Source: Patescibacteria group bacterium
GTDB lineage: Bacteria; Patescibacteriota; Microgenomatia; CAYGWK01
Length of the DNA stretch: 5,965 nucleotides
Assembly (NCBI GenBank): GCA_049322615.1
Contig: JBMORX010000004.1
Span: 26,036-32,000 of the forward strand
Direction of reading: 5' to 3'
The position numbers were made by a program, and so were the translations under genes. Every line of letters begins with the position of its first letter. Within the stretch, counting starts at the first letter, position 1. The notes under the pieces are model-generated. The model was given only the letters and a program-made list of their open reading frames with translations. It was not told the DNA's origin and ran no database searches. Below, in pieces: positions 1 through 5,253 of the stretch.

Positions 1-2
1 TG

Positions 3-275
3 TTTTCTCAAAACAGGGATGCAGGCAAAGCAAGGTTTCAAGCTTTCCTGGTTATGTCAGTTAATGGCAAAGCGGTTGAAAGCTTGCGAAAGAAAACCCT
101 GGACTTTCAGTCCAGGGAAGCTTATAACCGCTTTGCCAAAACCCTGTTTTCTCAAAACAGGGATGCAGGCAAAGCAAGGTTTCAAGCTTTCCTGGTTATG
201 TCAGTTAATGGCAAAGCGGTTGAAAGCTTGCGAAAGAAAACCCTGGACTTTCAGTCCAGGGAAGCTTATAAATGA
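3..275 (+). CDS. Possible 3' end of an upstream gene encoding a protein with perfect 48-aa tandem repeats. This is an alternative reading of the repeat and a low-confidence call.
   Basis: Frame 3 is open from the window edge through both repeat copies (FSQNRDAGKARFQAFLVMSVNGKAVESLRKKTLDFQSREAYNRFAKTL, twice). Its TGA stop (273-275) overlaps the ATG at 272-274 in an ATGA arrangement, the same overlap seen between genes 2 and 3. Against a coding reading: frame 1 is also open, the GC is atypical, and the palindromes show compensatory changes that favour a structural role. Confidence 0.3.
   Translation, partial: FSQNRDAGKARFQAFLVMSVNGKAVESLRKKTLDFQSREAYNRFAKTLFSQNRDAGKARFQAFLVMSVNGKAVESLRKKTLDFQSREAYK
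97..117. other. Perfect palindrome/hairpin C, copy 1: CCCTGGACT-TTC-AGTCCAGGG (9-bp arms, 3-nt centre). On the minus strand it is followed by TTTTCTTT, so it resembles an intrinsic terminator.
   Basis: ccctggact is the reverse complement of agtccaggg. The plus strand has AAAA immediately 5' and no T-run 3', so any terminator-like geometry exists only on the minus strand. Confidence 0.85.
142..162. other. Perfect palindrome/hairpin A: CCCTGTTTT-CTC-AAAACAGGG (9-bp arms, 3-nt centre). A partial copy lies at 1-18. On the minus strand it is followed by TTTT.
   Basis: ccctgtttt is the reverse complement of aaaacaggg. It shares the outer arms CCCTG...CAGGG and the AAAA 5' flank with hairpin C, while the inner 4 bp differ on both arms and still pair. 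Confidence 0.85.
241..261. other. Perfect palindrome/hairpin C, copy 2; it ends 10 nt upstream of the ATG at 272
   Basis: Identical to 97-117. It overlaps a weak sigma70-like -35 (TGGACT, 244-249) placed 17 nt from TATAAA (267-272). The same arrangement occurs in copy 1 (TGGACT 100-105, TATAAC 123-128). Confidence 0.85.
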
Positions 276-3200
276 TGCTAAAAAAATTATTCAGGCAATT
301 AAAGCTCGCTAGCTTAACGACGACAATAATATGTATTATTATCGTAAGCTTAAGTTTGTTTTTTAATTCTCAAGTTTCTGCTTCGGAAGATTCTTTTGTG
401 ACGATTGTTAATCCTGTTCGAGGAAAGGAGTTCTGGGGGCTTTCGGAGCAAACACCACTTACGGCTGTTAAAATTCAATCAAAAATTATTAAAGAAAATG
501 GGTTGGTGGCTACTTGGCTTTTACGCTATGATGCTTTAGAAGATAAGGAGTTGATAGATTATCTCAGAACCCTGAAAAATGATGAACTAGGATTATTTTT
601 AGAAATCACGCCGAGCCTGACGCAAGACAGTGATGTTTCTTATCACCAAGGCGAGCTTTGGCATTGGGCAAATTCTATTTTCCTTTCTGGATACCAGACT
701 TGGGAGAGAGAAAAGATGATCGAGACCGCTTTTAATCACTTTAAGGAAATTTTTGGTTTTTACCCCTCGTCCGTTGGGGCTTGGCACGTAGATAGCCACT
801 CTGTTTCTTTTATGAAGAAAAAATATGGGATAACGGCTGTCCTTATATGTGCCGATCAGTTTTCGACCGATGATTATCAAATTTGGGGCGGATGGTGGAG
901 TACCCCATATTATCCTTCACGCTTAAACATTCTTGCCCCAGCCCAAAGTCAGAAAAATAAGCTTGATGTTTTGGTTTTCCAATGGGCAGCCAGAGATCCA
1001 GTTAATGCTTATGGGGCGGGAGGTTATGATAGTTCTTTCTCAGTTCAGGCAAATGATTATTTAAAACACGGTCTTGATACTTCTTATTTTGAAAAGCTTT
1101 TGAAGATTTACACGATTTCCGGACCTAACAAATTTGCCCAACTAACGATTGGCTTGGAGAATGATTACAGTTTGAAAGAGTTTGGGGGAGAATTTGAAAA
1201 GCAGATTAAGACTTTAGCCAGAAGGGTAAATGAACAAAAACTAAAAGTTGTCTTGATGAAAGATTTTGCTTTTTGGTATCGAAAAAATTTCCAAATTTCT
1301 CCTCCCCATTTGATTGAAACAGAGGATTCTTTGGGAAGCGGCAAGAAAGCAACTTGGCTTATGACAACCCAAGCAAGACTAGGGTTTCTTACTCAAAATG
1401 GGAAAACGATTTTGCGAGATTTAAGGATTTATAACGATAATCTACCAGAAGCAAACTATCAAACCCCAAATATTCATCATAATCTTTCTTTAGTTAATCC
1501 ATCTGAAATCGACTCAGTTTGGTTTCCAGAGCAGGCAAAAGTTGTCGATAACATTAAGGAGTTGATGACTAATCTTTCCAGATTAAAATTAAAAATTCCA
1601 TTTACCCCACCGTCTGTTGCTCTGCTTTTTTTTGGTTTCTTAGTTTTCTTGTTTTTTGGTTTTCTTTCTCTTAAGAACAGATGGTTGGCGATTCTTGTTT
1701 TCTGGGGAGCATTAACTCAGAGTCTAACCATGGTTAAAAGTGGACTTTTGTCTCCCTTCGGGATGGGATTTTGGGGACCAAATGGGCATGATGGGGTATG
1801 GCACATTGCTTTAATAAATCAACTAGCCAAGTTTTCCTTTGAGAATCCAGTTTTTGCTGGCGTAAATTTAACCAATTATCATTTCCTTTACGATTTATTT
1901 CTTGCTTTTGTTCATCGATTGACAACCATTTCAGTAATCACTTTGTATTTTCAGATTATTCCCGTTATTCTCTCGATTTCACTTGGGGTTTTAACATATT
2001 TAGTTGTCAAAAAATGGACCCAAAAAGAATTACCCGCCTTGTTTTCGGTATTTTTTGTTTATTTTGGCGGAAGTTTTGGCTGGATAGTCACCTTGATTCG
2101 GGAGAAAGCTTTAGGTGGAGAATCTCTCTTTTGGGCTAATCAGTCAATTTCGTTTTTGCTAAACCCATCATTTGCTTTGTCAATTATTATCTTACTTTTA
2201 GGTTTTTATTTTTTTCTCGATTACCTTGAAAAACCAACCCTAAAACTTTTGCTTATTTTAAGTTTTCTTTTTGGGAGTTTAATTCAAATAAAGGTTTACG
2301 CGGGGGTAATCGTTTTAGTTGGGTTGGCGATGACAGCTCTGTGGCAGCGGGCGAAGCAGAACAATCTTTCGATCTTGAAACTTTTTGGAGGAACATTAGC
2401 TGTTGGAATGGTGCTTTTTCTTCCTTTGAATTGGAAAGCGGCTTCGCTTTTGGTAATTTCTCCCCTCTGGTTTCCTCGCACCATGCTCGCTTTTGCAGAT
2501 CGTTTGGGTTGGGTCAAGCTTGAGAATGCTCGTCAGGCTTACTTTGCCACCGGAAATTGGTTTCGTTGGATTCTAGCCGAGGGGTTAGCTCTGGTTATTT
2601 TCTTTGCTGGTAATCTGGGCACGAGAGTGATTGGATTAGTAAAAGTAAAGGATTGGATTAAAAATCGGCAAAAATTGGCTGAATTTGAGATTTTATTAGT
2701 TTCAATTCTTTTGACCGCTTTTATCTTACCTTTAATTTTTGTCCAAAAGGGAAACCCCTGGAACACCATTCAATTTTTTTATTATTTCCTTTTCATCAGT
2801 GGAATATTTGCCGGAATAGTAATGGGTCAATTTTTGGAGTCATTATCCAAAATCCGTTCTATAATTTGTATTTTAATTATCCTTACTTTGCCAACTACGA
2901 TAGGAACACTTAAACATTATCTGCCCCAAATTCCGCCAGCGAGGATCTCCTATGAGGAACTTTTCGCTTTGGATTTCTTAAAAAAACAGCCAGAAGGGGT
3001 AGTTTTAACCTTTCCTTATAATCCAAAGTTACGAGAAAAATTTTCCGAACCAAAACCTCTATATGCTTATGAGACAACGGCTTATGTTTCTGCTTTTTCG
3101 GATAAACCGACATTTTTAGAGGATGAGATGAATCTTGAGATTATGGGTTATAAATGGCAACTTCGTAGAGAGGAAGAGGTAAGATTTTTTGCGACTGATA

Positions 3201-3352
3201 ATAAAACTTGGGCAAAAGAGTTTTTAGCAAAACACAAAATTCGCTACATTTATCTAGTCAGGGGTCAAAATATGAATTTGGGAGAAACTGATATCGGGGC
3301 GAAAAAAATTTTCGAGAATGGAGAAGTAAGAATTTACCAGATTTTGTGGTAA
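272..3352 (+). CDS. Large signal-anchored integral membrane protein: N-terminal extracytoplasmic domain of about 420 aa (possibly a carbohydrate-active beta/alpha-barrel, family not recognised), a polytopic GT-C-like (ArnT/PMT-type) glycosyltransferase core of about 13-14 TM helices, and a C-terminal soluble domain of about 135 aa
   Basis: Uninterrupted 1026-codon ORF. The N-terminus MMLKKLFRQLK followed by a hydrophobic stretch and VSA-SE looks like a signal peptide or signal anchor. From about residue 450 to 880 there are many hydrophobic helices (LLFFGFLVFLFFGFLSL, VITLYFQIIPVILSISLGVL, LFSVFFVYFGGSFGWIV, FALSIIILLLGFYFF, IQFFYYFLFISGIFAGIV and others). An AGGGAAG purine run lies 8 nt upstream of the ATG. 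The ORF call is firm; the family assignment comes from topology and recall only. Confidence 0.9.
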   Translation: MMLKKLFRQLKLASLTTTIICIIIVSLSLFFNSQVSASEDSFVTIVNPVRGKEFWGLSEQTPLTAVKIQSKIIKENGLVATWLLRYDALEDKELIDYLRTLKNDELGLFLEITPSLTQDSDVSYHQGELWHWANSIFLSGYQTWEREKMIETAFNHFKEIFGFYPSSVGAWHVDSHSVSFMKKKYGITAVLICADQFSTDDYQIWGGWWSTPYYPSRLNILAPAQSQKNKLDVLVFQWAARDPVNAYGAGGYDSSFSVQANDYLKHGLDTSYFEKLLKIYTISGPNKFAQLTIGLENDYSLKEFGGEFEKQIKTLARRVNEQKLKVVLMKDFAFWYRKNFQISPPHLIETEDSLGSGKKATWLMTTQARLGFLTQNGKTILRDLRIYNDNLPEANYQTPNIHHNLSLVNPSEIDSVWFPEQAKVVDNIKELMTNLSRLKLKIPFTPPSVALLFFGFLVFLFFGFLSLKNRWLAILVFWGALTQSLTMVKSGLLSPFGMGFWGPNGHDGVWHIALINQLAKFSFENPVFAGVNLTNYHFLYDLFLAFVHRLTTISVITLYFQIIPVILSISLGVLTYLVVKKWTQKELPALFSVFFVYFGGSFGWIVTLIREKALGGESLFWANQSISFLLNPSFALSIIILLLGFYFFLDYLEKPTLKLLLILSFLFGSLIQIKVYAGVIVLVGLAMTALWQRAKQNNLSILKLFGGTLAVGMVLFLPLNWKAASLLVISPLWFPRTMLAFADRLGWVKLENARQAYFATGNWFRWILAEGLALVIFFAGNLGTRVIGLVKVKDWIKNRQKLAEFEILLVSILLTAFILPLIFVQKGNPWNTIQFFYYFLFISGIFAGIVMGQFLESLSKIRSIICILIILTLPTTIGTLKHYLPQIPPARISYEELFALDFLKKQPEGVVLTFPYNPKLREKFSEPKPLYAYETTAYVSAFSDKPTFLEDEMNLEIMGYKWQLRREEEVRFFATDNKTWAKEFLAKHKIRYIYLVRGQNMNLGETDIGAKKIFENGEVRIYQILW

Positions 3353-3364
3353 AATACACCCAGG

Positions 3365-4240
3365 ATGCCTAAAATTTCCGTTGTCGTCAATACCTTCAAT
3401 GAGGAGAAAAATCTTCCCCGAGCTCTTTCTTCAGTTAGGGATTTAGCTGACGAGATTATTGTCTGTGATATGTATTCGGATGATAAAACTTTAGAGATTG
3501 CCAAAAAATTCGACACCAAGATTTACAGACACAAAAGAACGGATTTTGTCGAGCCAGCGAGGAATTATGCCATTTCCAAGGCAACTGGAGACTGGGTGCT
3601 AGTTTTGGATGCAGATGAGGAGTTACCTGGGCCGGTGATTAAAACACTCCAGGAAACAGTGAAGAAAGATACTGATTATGTTTTAATTCCCCGGAAAAAT
3701 ATTATTTTTGGAAAATGGATAAAGCACTCTCGCTGGTGGCCTGATTATAATATTCGTTTTTTCAAAAAAGGAAAAGTTATCTGGAGCAGTCAAATTCATT
3801 CTGTGCCACACGCAGAAGGCAAGGAACTTAAACTTCCTGCCGAAGAAAAAAACGCCATTATTCACTATAACTATAACTCAATTACTCAATATCTTGAGCG
3901 TATTGGGCGCTACAGTGGAATTCAGGCAAAACAGCTTCTTGATGAGGGTTATAAATTTTCCTGGCGAGATTTGATCAAGAAACCGGTGAGTGAATTTTTA
4001 AGTCGCTTTTTCGCTGGAGAGGGATACAAAGACGGAATTCATGGTTTAACTCTAAGCCTTCTTCAGTCTTTTTCGGAATTGGTAATATACCTTAAAATCT
4101 GGGAAAGGGAGGGATTTAATGAGGAAGAGATGCCTCAAGTTTTTGAGGAAATTAAAAAGGTAACTAGCGAGGTTGACTGGTGGATTGTTGCAAAAACCCA
4201 AAATCCTCTTAAGAAAATTCTTCAAAAATTTAAAAGATGA
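3365..4240 (+). CDS. Family 2 glycosyltransferase (GT-A fold), WaaE/KdtX-like
   Basis: 291-aa ORF starting 12 nt after the previous stop. The N-terminal motif PKISVVVNTFNEEKNL, the DxD-type motif VLVLDADEE, WWPDYNIRFF and the C-terminal GYKDGIHGL motif are typical of this GT2 subfamily as I recall it. Confidence 0.88.
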   Translation: MPKISVVVNTFNEEKNLPRALSSVRDLADEIIVCDMYSDDKTLEIAKKFDTKIYRHKRTDFVEPARNYAISKATGDWVLVLDADEELPGPVIKTLQETVKKDTDYVLIPRKNIIFGKWIKHSRWWPDYNIRFFKKGKVIWSSQIHSVPHAEGKELKLPAEEKNAIIHYNYNSITQYLERIGRYSGIQAKQLLDEGYKFSWRDLIKKPVSEFLSRFFAGEGYKDGIHGLTLSLLQSFSELVIYLKIWEREGFNEEEMPQVFEEIKKVTSEVDWWIVAKTQNPLKKILQKFKR

Positions 4241-5229
4241 AAATTTTTGTTGTCATTTTAAACTGGAACGGCAAAGAATTCATTTTTAAGTGTCTGGATT
4301 CCGTCAAAAAATTGGAAATTGGCCGTGCGTCGCCAAAGGCTATGCCGGCGGCGCGAAATTTGAAATTGGAAATTGTCGTGGTGGATAATGCTTCAACCGA
4401 CGGCTCGGTGGAGCAAATTAAAAGTGAAAAATTAAAAATGAAAAATGATAAAGCAAAATTAAAAATTATAGAGAATAATCAAAATCTGGGATTTGCGGAG
4501 GGAAATAATGTTGGGATAAGATACGCTTTAAAAAATGGAGCTGACTATGTTTTGATTCTTAATCCTGACACCATTGTTGATGAAAATTTAATACTTCAAT
4601 TAATTTCCGCCAGCGGCGGATCCGCCTTTGGCGGAAAAGTGGCAAGGGCTGATTCAAGAATAGGAATTCTCGGACCGAAAATCTATTTTGCCCCAGGATT
4701 TGAGTTCCATAAAGAAAGATATAAACCAGAGGAGCGAGGGAAAGTAATTTGGTATGCAGGTGGCAGAATTGACTGGAATAATGTTTTATCTTGCCATCGG
4801 GGAGTGGATGAGATAGACAGAGGACAATACGACAAAGTTGAGGAAACAGACTTTGTTTCTGGATGTTGCATGTTTGTCAAAAAAGAGGTTTTTGAAAAAA
4901 TAGGGTTATTTGATCCAAAATATTTTCTTTACTGGGAAGATAGTGATTTTTGCCAGCGAGCATGGATGGGGGGTTTCAGGATTGTCTATGTGCCAGGGGC
5001 AAACGTGTTTCACCTGGATGCTGGATCAAGTGCTGTTGGCGGCCCCCTTCATGATTACTACATTACCCGGAATCGAATGCTGTTTGGGATAAAGTATGCC
5101 TCTTTCCGAACAAAATTTGCTTTAGTTCGAGAAAGTATAAAACTTTTTTTCTTTGGTCGCCCTTGGCAGAAAATTGGAATTAGAGATTTTTACCTATGGC
5201 GATTTGGTAAAGGCAGCTGGAAAACTTAA
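4237..5229 (+). CDS. Family 2 glycosyltransferase, WbbL/rhamnosyltransferase-like (COG1216-type), carrying atypical in-frame insertions
   Basis: 330-aa ORF whose ATG (4237-4239) overlaps the upstream TGA (4238-4240). Motifs: KIFVVILNWNG, EIVVVDNASTDGS, NLGFAEGNN, VLILNPD, FVSGCCMFVKKEVFEKIGLFD and YWEDSDFCQR. Confidence 0.9.
   Translation: MKIFVVILNWNGKEFIFKCLDSVKKLEIGRASPKAMPAARNLKLEIVVVDNASTDGSVEQIKSEKLKMKNDKAKLKIIENNQNLGFAEGNNVGIRYALKNGADYVLILNPDTIVDENLILQLISASGGSAFGGKVARADSRIGILGPKIYFAPGFEFHKERYKPEERGKVIWYAGGRIDWNNVLSCHRGVDEIDRGQYDKVEETDFVSGCCMFVKKEVFEKIGLFDPKYFLYWEDSDFCQRAWMGGFRIVYVPGANVFHLDAGSSAVGGPLHDYYITRNRMLFGIKYASFRTKFALVRESIKLFFFGRPWQKIGIRDFYLWRFGKGSWKT
4309..4375 (+). repeat. 13-nt direct repeats (aaattggaaattg at 4309-4321 and 4363-4375, 54 nt apart) bracketing a GC-rich hairpin-forming core (4321-4355), in frame inside the GT2 gene
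   Basis: The core ggccgtgcgtcgccaaaggctatgccggcggcgcg is 27/35 G+C by my count. gcgtcgcc (4327-4334) pairs with ggcggcgc (4347-4354), including one G-T wobble. Removing one 54-nt period restores ...SVKKLEIVVVDNASTDGS, the canonical GT2 N-terminal motif. Confidence 0.8.
4606..4635 (+). repeat. Two tandem 15-nt palindromic GC-rich units, tccgcc-agc-ggcgga and tccgcc-ttt-ggcgga, in frame (SASGG SAFGG)
   Basis: Each unit is a 6-bp-arm palindrome with a 3-nt centre. The join creates the 12-nt palindrome ggcggatccgcc (4615-4626). The flanks ttccgcc (4605-4611) and ggcggaa (4630-4636) also pair. The 27-nt segment 4607-4633 is 21/27 G+C by my count. Confidence 0.8.
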
Positions 5230-5253
5230 TTACTGTGCCGTAATTAAGAAAAT

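Larger units (their letters stand above)
1..271. repeat. Tandem direct repeat with 144-bp period and about 1.9 copies visible; truncated by the window start
   Basis: Hand alignment shows 1-127 identical base for base to 145-271. The first mismatch is 128 c versus 272 a. The 17-nt junction ccgctttgccaaaaccc (128-144) completes the unit. Unit GC is 65/144 by my count. Each unit holds two 21-nt perfect palindromes, a 9-bp pair (39-47 with 78-86), a 10-bp pair (66-75 or 210-219 with 128-137) and three AAGCTT cores. Confidence 0.95.

Noticed and set aside
1-271. The direct repeats as a possible CRISPR array
   Set aside because: The repeat unit is 127-144 nt, far longer than CRISPR repeats. The only non-repeated piece is a 17-nt junction that is most simply part of the unit. 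There are no variable spacers and no cas genes in the window.
19-312. 97-aa frame-1 ORF from the track (MQAKQGFKLSWLCQLMAKRLKACERKPW..., repeated)
   Set aside because: It is open only because the repeat period is a multiple of 3. The peptide is Cys/Trp/Lys-rich and not protein-like. It overlaps the well-supported start of the 1026-aa gene by 41 nt. If the repeat is coding at all, frame 3 with its ATGA stop/start overlap is the better candidate.
1621-1670. T8 homopolymer (1626-1633) and the repeated ttttttggttt(t)c motif inside gene 1
   Set aside because: It encodes the Phe/Leu-rich helix LLFFGFLVFLFFGF. The T-richness reflects Phe codon usage in a TM segment, and nothing suggests a designed slippage site.
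599-3519. Minus-strand ORFs 599-880, 1734-1925, 2296-2517, 2539-2769, 2910-3113 and 3334-3519, and plus-strand ORF 2341-2523
   Set aside because: All are short (60-93 aa). They lie entirely or largely inside the long, motif-supported plus-strand genes and have odd compositions. They are shadow ORFs typical of AT-rich coding DNA.
4237-4240. Possibility that TGA is read as a sense codon (alternative genetic code), extending gene 2
   Set aside because: No in-frame TGA occurs inside any of the four motif-supported genes. Reading through would add only 6 residues before a TAA. The ATGA overlap is a standard coupling arrangement under code 11.
5227-5246. Intergenic inverted repeat taattac-tgtgcc-gtaatta between genes 3 and 4
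   Set aside because: The 7-bp stem is almost entirely A/T, has no following T-run and overlaps the TAA stop. It is too weak to call a terminator or operator and is likely chance in AT-rich sequence.
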